Shown: piece by piece, positions 20,546 through 30,696 of the stretch
Position numbering within the stretch: position 1 is the first letter of the stretch
Layout: every line of letters begins with the position of its first letter
NCBI GenBank assembly: GCA_037127815.1
Contig: JBAXXP010000002.1
Coordinates: forward strand, 142,943 to 206,942
Length of the DNA: 64,000 nucleotides
DNA from: a bacterium
Lineage (GTDB): Bacteria; Patescibacteriota; Minisyncoccia; Phycocordibacterales; CAIZLB01
Reading direction: 5' to 3'
Notes under the pieces: generated by a model
What the model saw: only the letters and a program-made list of their open reading frames with translations
The model's database searches: none
What the model was told of the DNA's origin: nothing
Translations under genes and position numbers: made by a program

Positions 20546-22126
20546 ATGGAAATTCAAACATCAGACTCTAGACCGCCGGTAGTTGTCGTAATGGGCCACA
20601 TTGACCACGGTAAATCAACACTTCTTGACTACATCAGAAAAACTAATGTGGTTGATAAAGAGGTGGGAGGAATTACACAAAGAATGTCAGCTTATGAAGT
20701 TGACCATACTGCCGTTGATGCTAATGGTAAGGAACAAAAAAAGACAATAGTATTTATTGATACTCCAGGTCATGAATCATTTAGCGCGATCAGAGCGCGT
20801 GGTGCAACAGCAGCAGACATTGCAATTCTTGTTGTATCAGCTGAAGACGGAGTTAAACCTCAAACACTAGATGCTCTTAAAGCAATCAAAGATGCAGGAC
20901 TTCCTTTCATTGTTGGAATCAGTAAAATCGATAAGCCAAACGCTGACATTGATAGAGTTAAGCTTTCCCTGGCAGAGAATGAAATCTATGTTGAAGGTTA
21001 TGGAGGCAGTATTCCATGGATAGCATTCTCTGGTAAGACAGGAGCTGGTGTTGATGAACTATTAGATTTAATTTTACTAACTGCAGAAGTTGATGAGATT
21101 AATGGAGATCCATTTGCTGAAGCAGAGTGTGTTGTTATTGAAGCAAATAGAGATAAAGTTAGAGGAGTTTCTGCAACACTAATTGTTAAGAATGGAACAC
21201 TTTACACTGGATCATTTATTGTTTCAGGAACAGCATTGTCTCCTGTTAGAATTATGGAAAACTTTCTAGGAAAGCCATTAAAAGAAGCTGGACCTTCTAC
21301 TCCAGTTAGAGTTGTTGGTTGGACAGCAGAGCCTGAGGTTGGTGGAGTATGCTTTACATTTGGAAGCAAAAAAACAGCTGAGGCTTATGTTGCAGAAGAA
21401 TTAATAAAAGCAAGAGAAAGATCTGAAGCTATTCAAAAGGTTCGTGTTATAGACAGAATTACAGCTACAAACAAAGCTAATGCTCTTGCTCATGAAAATG
21501 GTGAAGAGATTATTGATACAGTTGTTCTTCCTGTAATTATCAAAGCAGACACTTCAGGATCTGCGGAGGCTGTGAAGTATGAAATCGAAAATAAAATTAA
21601 AGTTCCTAATGTAGAAATTAGAATTATTGCGATGAGTATTGGAGATATTCTAGAAAAAGACGTCAAACTAGCTTCAGGAAAAGCTGGAACAGTTATTCTT
21701 GGATTCAACACAAAGATTGATAGTGGATCAAAGTCCATGGCGGACAAAAATGGAATTCATATAATGACATTCAATATCATTTACAAGATGACAGAATGGT
21801 TACAAGAATTTGCAGAAGAACATAGACCAAGAACTCAAATTGAAGAAACTAAAGGAATGATTAAGGTTCTTAAAATATTTAGCGCAAGCAAGGACAAACA
21901 AGTTCTTGGAGGAAGAGTTGAAACTGGAATGATTTCATTTAACGATGAAGTTAAAATTCTTAGACGCGATATTGAAATTGGTAGAGGTCGTGTTCGTGAA
22001 CTTCAACACCTTAAGGCTAAAATTGGTTCAGTTGAAGAAGGAAAAGAATTTGGAGCTATGGTTGAGTCAAAGGTTGAAATAACAGCTGGAGATAAATTGG
22101 AAACATTCCACAAAATCATAAAGTAA
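20546..22126 (+). CDS. infB: translation initiation factor IF-2, short form without the N-terminal extension
   Basis: RPPVVVVMGHIDHGKSTLLD, DTPGHE, KADTSGSAEA. Confidence 0.96.
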   Translation: MEIQTSDSRPPVVVVMGHIDHGKSTLLDYIRKTNVVDKEVGGITQRMSAYEVDHTAVDANGKEQKKTIVFIDTPGHESFSAIRARGATAADIAILVVSAEDGVKPQTLDALKAIKDAGLPFIVGISKIDKPNADIDRVKLSLAENEIYVEGYGGSIPWIAFSGKTGAGVDELLDLILLTAEVDEINGDPFAEAECVVIEANRDKVRGVSATLIVKNGTLYTGSFIVSGTALSPVRIMENFLGKPLKEAGPSTPVRVVGWTAEPEVGGVCFTFGSKKTAEAYVAEELIKARERSEAIQKVRVIDRITATNKANALAHENGEEIIDTVVLPVIIKADTSGSAEAVKYEIENKIKVPNVEIRIIAMSIGDILEKDVKLASGKAGTVILGFNTKIDSGSKSMADKNGIHIMTFNIIYKMTEWLQEFAEEHRPRTQIEETKGMIKVLKIFSASKDKQVLGGRVETGMISFNDEVKILRRDIEIGRGRVRELQHLKAKIGSVEEGKEFGAMVESKVEITAGDKLETFHKIIK

Positions 22127-22130
22127 TACT

Positions 22131-22162
22131 TTGGGGTCAGGCACCATGGTGCCTGACCCCAA
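22131..22162. repeat. dispersed palindromic repeat, copy 3
   Basis: TTGGGGTCAGGCACCATGGTGCCTGACCCCAA between infB and rbfA. Confidence 0.95.
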
Positions 22163-22171
22163 CAAAAAAAC

Positions 22172-22510
22172 ATGAAATCTAAAGCAATAATAAAACCACA
22201 TAGAGACGAAAGGGCTATTCATATCATTAAAGAATTGGCTATGGAGTTTATGTCACGTGAAGCAAACAGAACATCTCTTGTTACTGTTACTAATGTCATT
22301 CTTGGCGATAGAGCTAAGAAAGCAACAATCCTTCTTAGTGTTTTACCAGAAGATAAAGGCCCAGTTGTTGAAGAATTTGCTAATAGAAAATGTAAGGAGT
22401 TCAGAAGTTATGTAAAAGCTAAGTCAAAGCTAGGTATTATACCCTTCTTTGATTTCAAAATAGACTTTGGTGAATTGAATAGACAGAATATTGACAGGAT
22501 GCTAAAATAG
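22172..22510 (+). CDS. rbfA: ribosome-binding factor A
   Basis: Follows infB; LVTVTNV...D..KATI..S and IP...FKID pattern. Confidence 0.85.
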   Translation: MKSKAIIKPHRDERAIHIIKELAMEFMSREANRTSLVTVTNVILGDRAKKATILLSVLPEDKGPVVEEFANRKCKEFRSYVKAKSKLGIIPFFDFKIDFGELNRQNIDRMLK

Positions 22511-22567
22511 CAAAATGTCAGGGTTAGATTTGGTTGAATAAGACTAAATATAGGACAGTGACGGTTT

Positions 22568-22640
22568 GGCGTAGTGGCGAAGTGGTTAACGCGGCGATTT
22601 GCAAAATCGTTATGCGCCGGTTCGATCCCGGCCTACGCCT
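22568..22640 (+). tRNA. tRNA-Cys(GCA)
   Basis: Acceptor GGCGTAG/CTACGCC, discriminator U, anticodon loop TT-GCA-AA. Confidence 0.94.
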
Positions 22641-22682
22641 CATGTAAAATTTGTTTTACATATTTCCGTACAAAATCTTTAA

Positions 22683-23177
22683 ATGAGAAAAAGAAAATGG
22701 TCAAAAGATCAACTTATCAAGTCAGTTTCCGAATCTACAAGCTATAGGCAGGTTCTGAAAAAACTTGCATTAGTTGAGGCTGGAGGAAATTATACTCAAA
22801 TAAAGAAATATGTTTTGGAATACAATGTTTCGATAGCACATTTTACAGGTAGAGGGTGGAGCAAGGGTAAAAAATTTTCTGATAAGACACCTTTAATTCC
22901 AACTAAAGATATTCTTGTAGTAAACAGCACATTTCAAAGTCACAAACTTAAAAAGCGTTTATTTAAAGAAGGCTTAAAGGAAAAGAAATGTGAGATATGT
23001 GGTTGGAACAAAACAACAGCCGAAGGAAGATTACCTTTAGAACTAGACCATATAAATGGTGATAATATGGACAATAGAATATCTAATTTGCAGATACTTT
23101 GCCCAAATTGTCATAGTTTGCAGCCTACTCATAGAGGATTGAATAAAAATAAAAAAGCTCGGGTGGTGGAATGGTAG
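22683..23177 (+). CDS. HNH endonuclease; stop codon lies inside tRNA-Leu
   Basis: CEICG...LELDHINGDNMDNRISNLQILCPNCH. Confidence 0.9.
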   Translation: MRKRKWSKDQLIKSVSESTSYRQVLKKLALVEAGGNYTQIKKYVLEYNVSIAHFTGRGWSKGKKFSDKTPLIPTKDILVVNSTFQSHKLKKRLFKEGLKEKKCEICGWNKTTAEGRLPLELDHINGDNMDNRISNLQILCPNCHSLQPTHRGLNKNKKARVVEW

Positions 23178-23239
23178 ACACGCGACACTTAAAATGTCGT
23201 AGGCGTAAGCCTGTGTGGGTTCGAGTCCCGCCCCGAGCA
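23157..23239 (+). tRNA. tRNA-Leu(TAA)
   Basis: Acceptor GCTCGGG/CCCGAGC, anticodon arm CGACA-CT-TAA-AA-TGTCG, long variable arm. Confidence 0.94.
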
Positions 23240-23457
23240 CAAAGTCGGAAAAAACAAAAATACACATCAATAACCAGATGTGTATTTTTGTTTACATAAC
23301 TTACTTGATTTTGACGCTATTCTACATCATATATTACAGAATGGCTCATATTAGCCTTATTTTTGGTAAAAAACTTGACACATCGTCAAAAATAGATTAC
23401 AAGTAATAAGGACCGAGTACACAACTGTCGGTGCTAAGTGAACCATAAAAAAGACTG

Positions 23458-24084
23458 ATGATACATATAAAGAAAGTTGCTATTTTTGCAGCATTCATCA
23501 CTATAATCCCATTTGGCACTACCAACGCCAAGGGTGATGGAGAAAACAAAAATCACAACAGAGATAGGGATTGTAATAGGTTGGAATTGTGCTACATGGA
23601 GGTCTGCGTGACCAAGTATCACAAGTCTGAACCTCACTGCGATCCAGGTACATTGAATGGAGATTCCAAAACGGGCGTTAAACTCCGTGAAGGAAACTCC
23701 AAGGTTATTGGGACAATCGCAACTGACCCCAGGGTCATACCGTTTGGCTCACTCGTTCTGATGACTACAAAGAAAGGGGTCACAAACCTCTATCTCGCTG
23801 TGGATATTGGAGGAGCAGTAACCGCCAGAAGAGCATCACGTCAACTTGCGAAGCAAGATGGACTAGGAAAGGAATGGGCTACCCGCCCAGTGATCGATGT
23901 ATATTCATCACGAGAGATTATCAGCAACTGGTCAACAGTTATGATAGTCAAAGCCGCCCCATTGGGAAAGCTGAAAGACTCGGAGTTGAGGCCGCGTTTG
24001 AAAGAACGCATGTACACCGGATACTGGATGTCCAGAGGGCTTGAGCTGCCCGATAAGAAGCAGTTCATGGCCTATAACAAATAA
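23458..24084 (+). CDS. secreted 3D-domain (MltA-like) protein
   Basis: Signal peptide; IATDPRVIPFGS, AVDIGGAV and IDVY, the three-Asp motifs. Confidence 0.8.
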   Translation: MIHIKKVAIFAAFITIIPFGTTNAKGDGENKNHNRDRDCNRLELCYMEVCVTKYHKSEPHCDPGTLNGDSKTGVKLREGNSKVIGTIATDPRVIPFGSLVLMTTKKGVTNLYLAVDIGGAVTARRASRQLAKQDGLGKEWATRPVIDVYSSREIISNWSTVMIVKAAPLGKLKDSELRPRLKERMYTGYWMSRGLELPDKKQFMAYNK

Positions 24085-24097
24085 GATTGTAACCCCT

Positions 24098-24131
24098 GAT
24101 GGGGCTTGCGGCATCTGCCGCAAGCCCCATC
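24098..24131. terminator. intrinsic terminator
   Basis: GATGGGGCTTGCGGCA-TC-TGCCGCAAGCCCCATC followed by a T tract. Confidence 0.8.
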
Positions 24132-24157
24132 TTTTTTTATTAAACCTAATTCAGACG

Positions 24158-25213
24158 TTAGAGAAATCGCAAAAATAAACTTATAACAGGAAACAAGACA
24201 TAATCAAACCACTTCATTTTACATGAACCTGGATCAAAAAAAACTGATTCTTTTTTCCATACATCAATTATTTTCGTGATTTTCAAGATTGCATGAGGAT
24301 CTTTAAAGAAAATGCCAATCTCGGAGTTAAATTCAAATGATAAGAAATCCAAATTATTTGATCCAATAATTGCATCCTTAGAATCAATAACCATAATTTT
24401 TGCATGATTCATTTTTGGCTCCAGATAAAACTTTATTCCGAGTTTAGAGAGCTTACACATATAATAGTAATTAATTCTATCTATAACATAATGATCAGTG
24501 TCTCTTGGTACTAAAATTTCAACATTAACACCCCGAAGATGTGCCTGGTGGAGCAAGCCAATAAACCATCGCTTTGGTATAAGATACGGGGTTAAAAGAA
24601 CTATGTCCTTTTTAGCTTTCGATAAATGATTTGTGTAAATCTTTTTTAGACGAAATCTATTCTTCACAGGCGAATGCTCTATAATCCAATCGTGCATTTT
24701 CTTTCTGATTCTAGGAATTTTTCTATGAACATTATTCCTTTTACTAAGCGAAATAATGGATTGATCAAGACCTCCGCACTCTACATAAGACTTTGCAAAA
24801 GATCTAATTATAACAGATACCAACTTTCCTTTTGATTGCACAACTAAATCGTTCCAAAGCGATGAGCTTTGCTGAAAATTTACACCTCCAATAAAAGCTA
24901 CTTGTTCATCGACAATCAAAATTTTTCTATGTGTTCTGTGGAAAAGATAACTTAGAAAGAATATCTCTGCCCCTGATTCTCTAATTTCCATTACTGCTTT
25001 TTTACTCAAATTTGAACTTCCAAATGAATCTAAAATTATTCTAACTCTCAAACCTTCTGAGGCTTTTTGTTTTATTAACTTCAAAAAATCAAACTCCACC
25101 ATCCCATCCTGAAAAATATACATCTCGAGATATACAGATTTTTTAGCAACAGAAATAGCATTAAACATTGCTTGCCATGACTTCTGAGAATTAGCGAAGA
25201 ATTTGTAACGCAT
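24158..25213 (-). CDS. phospholipase D-family protein, cardiolipin synthase-like
   Basis: Two HKD motifs: HRKILIVD and HAKIMVID. Confidence 0.9.
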   Translation of the reverse strand: MRYKFFANSQKSWQAMFNAISVAKKSVYLEMYIFQDGMVEFDFLKLIKQKASEGLRVRIILDSFGSSNLSKKAVMEIRESGAEIFFLSYLFHRTHRKILIVDEQVAFIGGVNFQQSSSLWNDLVVQSKGKLVSVIIRSFAKSYVECGGLDQSIISLSKRNNVHRKIPRIRKKMHDWIIEHSPVKNRFRLKKIYTNHLSKAKKDIVLLTPYLIPKRWFIGLLHQAHLRGVNVEILVPRDTDHYVIDRINYYYMCKLSKLGIKFYLEPKMNHAKIMVIDSKDAIIGSNNLDFLSFEFNSEIGIFFKDPHAILKITKIIDVWKKESVFFDPGSCKMKWFDYVLFPVISLFLRFL

Positions 25214-25262
25214 ATTAATGTTTATATTATACCTCAAATAGCAAATATGCTACAATATCGTT

Positions 25263-25664
25263 ATGAAAAAAGGATATAAAGAAAACATAGAAAAAGAAAC
25301 ATTAGAAAATATTAATTTTAGAAAAGTGCTTTATACAGGCGCTCATATGCAATTAGTGCTTATGTCACTTAAACCAAGTGAAGACATTGGCCTTGAAGTT
25401 CATACTGAAAATGACCAATTTTTCCGTTTTGAAAAGGGACATGGAAAAGTAATTGTTGGTGAGACTGAATATGAAGTAGCGGATGGTGATGTAATAATCG
25501 TTCCTTCAAATACTCAACACAATATTATTAATACCTCAGATACAGAAGACTTAAAAATGTACACAATCTACTCTCCTGCTCATCACAAAGATGGTGTCGT
25601 AAGATTAACCAAGGAGGAAGCGGAAAAAGACGGACCAGAATTTGATGGTGTTTTAAGTGAGTAA
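25263..25664 (+). CDS. cupin domain protein
   Basis: NFRKVLYTG..QLVLM, EVH..DQFF.FE.G, H..IN, YTIYSP.HH. Confidence 0.88.
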   Translation: MKKGYKENIEKETLENINFRKVLYTGAHMQLVLMSLKPSEDIGLEVHTENDQFFRFEKGHGKVIVGETEYEVADGDVIIVPSNTQHNIINTSDTEDLKMYTIYSPAHHKDGVVRLTKEEAEKDGPEFDGVLSE

Positions 25665-25678
25665 TTAAAAATATTCAA

Positions 25679-26875
25679 GTGTCTGTAGTAACAAACGATG
25701 CGATGGCGGACAACCATCATAAACCTTTATATTTTGAAAATCTTGATGGACTTAGGTTCATAGCTTTTTTTGCTGTCTTTATTTCTCATGCATCGTTATT
25801 TCTAGGGTATGACAATAATTCTTATTTTTATCAGCTATTTAAAAAGTATATTCTAGTAAATGGAGATGTTGGCGTATCATTTTTCTTTGTACTTTCTGGT
25901 TTTTTGATTACCTACCTATTGATTAGAGAAAAAGATAATAATGGTAAGGTATCTTTGAAAAGTTTCTATCTTAAAAGAATTCTTAGAATATGGCCGGTGT
26001 ATTTCACAACTCTTATTGTTGGTTTTTTTATATTACCAGTAATAGCGCGCTTAATTATTGGCTCTGAAAGTTTTGTTTTTCTGATGAACCCATTGTTCTC
26101 AGTACTACCTAACTATATATTTTTTCTTGCTAACTTCAATGGCGCTTTGAGTACTAATGTGCCAACAGCTGTTCTTTGGTCAGTATCAGTTGAAGAGCAA
26201 TTCTATCTAGTTTGGCCATTTGTAATAGCTTTTCTTCCCAGGAAACATCTATTGAAATTCCTAAGCACTATTATTTTAATATCGTGTTTATATAGATATT
26301 TTTATGCTTTTTTTCCAGACATGATATCATATTCGACATTTTCTGTTATGTCCGATTTAGCAGTTGGATCAGTTTTAGCATACTTACTTTATACTAAAAA
26401 TAATTTAATGGATGGTTTATTTTCTAAGATCAAAGTTGCTCCAAAAAAAATCATTGCTTTACTGTATACATTTTTAATACTAATTATAGCAGGAAGACAT
26501 TATGCTACTGACGCATTAATTTCTCATTCTATTTTTTACAGCCTTTTTGTTTCGATATTTCCTCTAATCCTAGCCTCTACCTATGCACTTATAATTTTTG
26601 AGCAGAATGAATCAAGTGGATCAATTTTTAAAATCGGGAGATCAAAAATACTTACCTCGCTTGGAAAGATTTCTTATGGATTATATTCATATCACATGAT
26701 TGCATTTGTTATAGTACTGCTTTCTATGTATTGCTTCGGAATCGATATATGGCACATGTCCATTATCAATTGGTTCATATCTATGGGGCTATCATTGACT
26801 ACCGTGTACGTGCTAGCAACGCTTTCATATTATGGAATGGAAAAATATTTCTTGAGTAAAAAGCCAAAACATTGA
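25679..26875 (+). CDS. acyltransferase family 3 (OafA-like) membrane protein
   Basis: LDGLRFIA, FFVLSGFLIT, RILRIWP, WSVSVEEQFYL, GKISYGLY. Confidence 0.92.
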   Translation: MSVVTNDAMADNHHKPLYFENLDGLRFIAFFAVFISHASLFLGYDNNSYFYQLFKKYILVNGDVGVSFFFVLSGFLITYLLIREKDNNGKVSLKSFYLKRILRIWPVYFTTLIVGFFILPVIARLIIGSESFVFLMNPLFSVLPNYIFFLANFNGALSTNVPTAVLWSVSVEEQFYLVWPFVIAFLPRKHLLKFLSTIILISCLYRYFYAFFPDMISYSTFSVMSDLAVGSVLAYLLYTKNNLMDGLFSKIKVAPKKIIALLYTFLILIIAGRHYATDALISHSIFYSLFVSIFPLILASTYALIIFEQNESSGSIFKIGRSKILTSLGKISYGLYSYHMIAFVIVLLSMYCFGIDIWHMSIINWFISMGLSLTTVYVLATLSYYGMEKYFLSKKPKH

Positions 26876-26935
26876 TTTTTCTGACATAATTTTATATACT
26901 AGTCAAGGCTAAGAAAACCAACAAAGGAGCACTTT

Positions 26936-27325
26936 ATGAAGGAAATTTATGCAGAATTTGACCCAACGCTGTATAACCTCAAACAGATTATTCAGGCACT
27001 TACCTGCCCCATTAATCGACATGCGACATGCGTCGAGCATGGATGTGACGAATGGGAACTACAGAAACACCCAGAATGGCTGATTGAGCATTACATAAAA
27101 TATGGAGGAGCGGTTGCTTTTGATAAAAAACGCAAAGAATTTGAGAAAGGATGTGATTTCTACAATAACTGCCTTTTGGCAAATTGGTGTAAGCTTGCAA
27201 GTATGCAATCTAATCACATGAAATGCCCCCTCAAAGTGATTACCGACGGGCGAGTTCATCTTCATGGACTTGCTTGTATTAACGCTGACGTTGATGACGC
27301 TGGCACAAACAACTTTCAGATATAA
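26936..27325 (+). CDS. hypothetical Cys/His-rich protein
   Basis: Preceded by an AAGGAG SD (rare in this window) and followed by a GC-rich hairpin. Confidence 0.6.
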   Translation: MKEIYAEFDPTLYNLKQIIQALTCPINRHATCVEHGCDEWELQKHPEWLIEHYIKYGGAVAFDKKRKEFEKGCDFYNNCLLANWCKLASMQSNHMKCPLKVITDGRVHLHGLACINADVDDAGTNNFQI

Positions 27326-27356
27326 CGCCTAGTGCGGGAAATCTACAAACCCAAAA

Positions 27357-27387
27357 ATGCCCGGCAGACCCATGGTCTGCCGGGCAT
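27357..27387. terminator. GC-rich hairpin between convergent genes
   Basis: ATGCCCGGCAGACC-CAT-GGTCTGCCGGGCAT. Confidence 0.7.
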
Positions 27388-27399
27388 AAATTTACCATT

Positions 27400-27951
27400 T
27401 TACAATATCTTCATTATCTCATCCTCAATATTTGAATTATAATTATGTCCCGCATTTTTTACCCTAACAACATCTACACCTTTTTTTTCTAAACTATTTA
27501 CGATTCTTTTATCACACAAGTATCTATCTTTTTCACCCATAATTATTGTTATTTTATCATGTGGTACGATATTTATAATATCTACAACAGGAATACTAAA
27601 TAATTTCATTGCTTTATAAAAAGCAGGTACAGCAAATAACATTAATTTAATTCTTTTAACAGGACTTCTTACCCCTTCAAATATAATATATTTAGACCAC
27701 CGAATAAATATATTATCTTTTACAAATACAGGATTGATTAGAATAATCCTAAAATTTCTATATATATTCCAATTATACAAAAGCGCCACTGAACCAAGAC
27801 TGTGAGCAATCACAGTATCTGCATCAATTCTTTCATCAAGATTAATTTCATTATCCCAAATATCAAGATTATTTTTAAAACCATATATTTCCCCTATATC
27901 CATCCAACCCGGTATGTAAAAAATTCTTTTATTTTCTTTCAGTTTCTCCAT
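27400..27951 (-). CDS. alpha/beta hydrolase
   Basis: IPGW, AHSLG nucleophile elbow, GEKD, AGH. Confidence 0.8.
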   Translation of the reverse strand: MEKLKENKRIFYIPGWMDIGEIYGFKNNLDIWDNEINLDERIDADTVIAHSLGSVALLYNWNIYRNFRIILINPVFVKDNIFIRWSKYIIFEGVRSPVKRIKLMLFAVPAFYKAMKLFSIPVVDIINIVPHDKITIIMGEKDRYLCDKRIVNSLEKKGVDVVRVKNAGHNYNSNIEDEIMKIL

Positions 27952-28045
27952 GATTGTAATTATATCATATTGATTTTATATCGGGGTCAGGTAGCACTAG
28001 TATTTGTATTGTCATAAGTCACTACCGTGCCTAACCTAAAAAAAA

Positions 28046-28075
28046 GGCCGCATGCGAGTAAACTCGCATGCGGCC
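28046..28075 (-). terminator. intrinsic terminator of the nitronate monooxygenase-family gene
   Basis: GGCCGCATGCGAGT-AA-ACTCGCATGCGGCC with an A tract on its left (a T tract on the - strand). Confidence 0.75.
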
Positions 28076-28097
28076 CCATATCAAAACTACCAACAAA

Positions 28098-29564
28098 TCA
28101 CACACCTTCAATGTACCTCACGACATCCTCCGCATAGTATGTAGCATCTTCATGCGCCATAAATACTTTGAAGAACCCTAAGGAGTCACCGGCGGTAAGA
28201 ATGGGCTTCTCTCCATCTCTTGCTCCCGCTGTAGACATGAGAGCGTTACAGAGACACACAGTACGTTTTGTGCACTCTATGCAACCGCCTTTACTGACAA
28301 AATTGTCGATAGGTTCAGCAGAACACCTAAATCCAATGCTTCCGTCATCCTTGATATATGCCGTCCTCAGTAGCCCAATATTACAAACGCGCTTGCGCTC
28401 ATTATATACGACTTCTTCAGAAAGCGTTTCAGAGACTCTAGAAACCTTGAATGGAAAACCTGTAGGTGATGCATCGCCATCAGTAAAAGTATCGAGACTA
28501 CCATTGAAGCCCAGCTTTCTAGACTGGCTTTTTAAATCCTCTCGAGTGCCAGATTCCTCACAAAAAGCAAAAGCCGATCCAACTTGGATACCATTTGCTC
28601 CAACACTTTGTGCGTAGCGTAGACCCTGAGGAGAAGCAAGTCCACCAGCAATATAAAATGGAACACCCAAACTTGCTACCCTAGCAAAATCCACAACGTC
28701 ACGTTCCCCATACACAGGTTCCCCACGAGCATTCAGTATTAAGTCCTTTCCGCGAGGTGGAGCGTTATGCCCGCCAGCAGTTGGAGCCTCAATAATAAAT
28801 CCATAGATTTTTCCTGGATATGTTTTATGCAAACGCTCAAGAAGCGTATTGGATGCCACAATAGGTAAAAACAAAGGACGATTCTTGATGTACAGTCTTT
28901 CTCCAAAAAACGAAACACAATCAAACACCAAGTCCACAGTGTTTTTATCGGAACCAGGAACTTTGTCCTGACCAACGACGTAAATTGGATAAGTGATCCT
29001 TTCGCCATTCATAATGTCATCAATGAGCTTTGGCATTTCTTTTGGAATACCAGCACCCATTACAACACCATCAACGTTAGCAAGCATCGCACCCAGTACA
29101 CTGTAAAGATTCGGCATCGGAACTTCATGAAGTAGATTGATAAAGATAGGTTTTGAATGACCTTCCTTCGACAAATCTACAAATACAAAGCTCGCACAAA
29201 TTGTTAAACCCATCAATAAATTTGAGGGTTCGAAGGTATACATCGGGACAGGTTTTTGCTTCTTTCCTTCCTTAATACCACCATCGACAAAATATGCATT
29301 CATAACCATCTCCACAATTTTTGGATATGGAAATCTTTTTAGTGACCTACGATAATCGCCAGTTGGATCACCTTTTTGTAATACATATGCCAACAGGTTG
29401 GCGACCGCAGTAAGTGATACGGTGCCAATTGCACCCGCACGAGCTGCAGCATTTGCAAGTCTCCAACCAGAAACTCCAACCCCCATTCCACCTTGAATGA
29501 TGGGCGGTAGCTTAACTGAATCGGCGCTCACTGATACTAAACTATCATTAGTTTTTGCATTCAT
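28098..29564 (-). CDS. nitronate monooxygenase / FabK-like flavoprotein
   Basis: PPIIQGGMGVGVS, EAPTAGGHNAPPRG, GIQVGSAF..C.ESG, ASPTGFPFKV. Confidence 0.85.
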   Translation of the reverse strand: MNAKTNDSLVSVSADSVKLPPIIQGGMGVGVSGWRLANAAARAGAIGTVSLTAVANLLAYVLQKGDPTGDYRRSLKRFPYPKIVEMVMNAYFVDGGIKEGKKQKPVPMYTFEPSNLLMGLTICASFVFVDLSKEGHSKPIFINLLHEVPMPNLYSVLGAMLANVDGVVMGAGIPKEMPKLIDDIMNGERITYPIYVVGQDKVPGSDKNTVDLVFDCVSFFGERLYIKNRPLFLPIVASNTLLERLHKTYPGKIYGFIIEAPTAGGHNAPPRGKDLILNARGEPVYGERDVVDFARVASLGVPFYIAGGLASPQGLRYAQSVGANGIQVGSAFAFCEESGTREDLKSQSRKLGFNGSLDTFTDGDASPTGFPFKVSRVSETLSEEVVYNERKRVCNIGLLRTAYIKDDGSIGFRCSAEPIDNFVSKGGCIECTKRTVCLCNALMSTAGARDGEKPILTAGDSLGFFKVFMAHEDATYYAEDVVRYIEGV

Positions 29565-29859
29565 GATTAATAGCCTTCTATTTGTTTGTTGTTGAATTTG
29601 AACGATTTTTAACACCAGTCAATGACCTTTTCTAGGCAAATCATAGCATAAAACGAAAATTCATTCCTTATTTCGACGAACTACTTCTTCTGTTGAATTA
29701 TTTAAAAATACCCTATAAACCTTATTTAAAAAAGCAAAAAACCCGAACCTATAAATAGATCACGGGCTTCTAGAACCTCGGGTTTTCTGCTTAATATAGT
29801 ATATCAGATACTATAATTTTTTGATATAGATTCCCAGTTTAAATAACAAGTAGTCAAAA

Positions 29860-30696
29860 TTACTTGTTATTTTTTAACCAAGACAACACACAATAACCAA
29901 CAAAATTACCCATATCATTATACTTAGGGGCAAAATACATTTCTCCACTCATTGTATGACCTTTTTTGTTCAAAAAAGCCCTACTGTTTATTCTATAAGG
30001 CTGTCCAAGTAATGAGAAATTTTTAAAGATTTTTATAGCCTCTTCTGTATCTCCATCAGTTGTAAAATCAAAAAACTTCTTTCCAACAAACTCATCTTGT
30101 AAGTATCCTGTGATTTTTTCAGCGGACTGACTAACATATTCTATCATTCCATTTTTATCAATATCAAAATATAGATCACAGACATTAGCCATAAACTCCA
30201 AGTCATTTTTTTTAGAAACATTCTCATTCTTTTCCTCATCAATTAATTCAGCAAGCAACAATATTTGTTTATCACTTTCAGTTGGATGATATAATCTTGC
30301 TACTACATTTATTGGAACATTCCTTCCATCCTTAGTTCTATGAGTAGTATCAAATTTTATATAATTGTCGTCGCCCAATAATGAGTCAGTAAAGAAGAAA
30401 CTTTCATCAAGTCTTTTAGATAGAAGTGGATTTATTTCACTAAAGTTTTTCCCTATCAATTCTTCATGTGTGTATCCTAAAAGAAGACAAGCTGATTGAC
30501 TAACGTTTGTAATAACGCCCTTACTATTTCTTATAAGCATATAATGAGTATCATCATCAGCCAATTTTATGCTACCTATTCTATTTATGGTTCCACATTT
30601 CTTACACTTTATCTCAAGTGCACCGTCAAAAAACAGCCCCTTAAGTAGAAGCTTGCCGCATTGGCATCTTTGCTCATTTAAAAATAATTTGTCCAA
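29860..30696 (-). CDS. Com-like zinc-ribbon plus tandem PAS domain protein
   Basis: RCQCGKLL...LEIKCKKCG.IN followed by two PAS domains (ITNVS..AC.LLGY..EELIG; IEYVS..AEKITGY..DEFVGK). Confidence 0.8.
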   Translation of the reverse strand: MDKLFLNEQRCQCGKLLLKGLFFDGALEIKCKKCGTINRIGSIKLADDDTHYMLIRNSKGVITNVSQSACLLLGYTHEELIGKNFSEINPLLSKRLDESFFFTDSLLGDDNYIKFDTTHRTKDGRNVPINVVARLYHPTESDKQILLLAELIDEEKNENVSKKNDLEFMANVCDLYFDIDKNGMIEYVSQSAEKITGYLQDEFVGKKFFDFTTDGDTEEAIKIFKNFSLLGQPYRINSRAFLNKKGHTMSGEMYFAPKYNDMGNFVGYCVLSWLKNNK

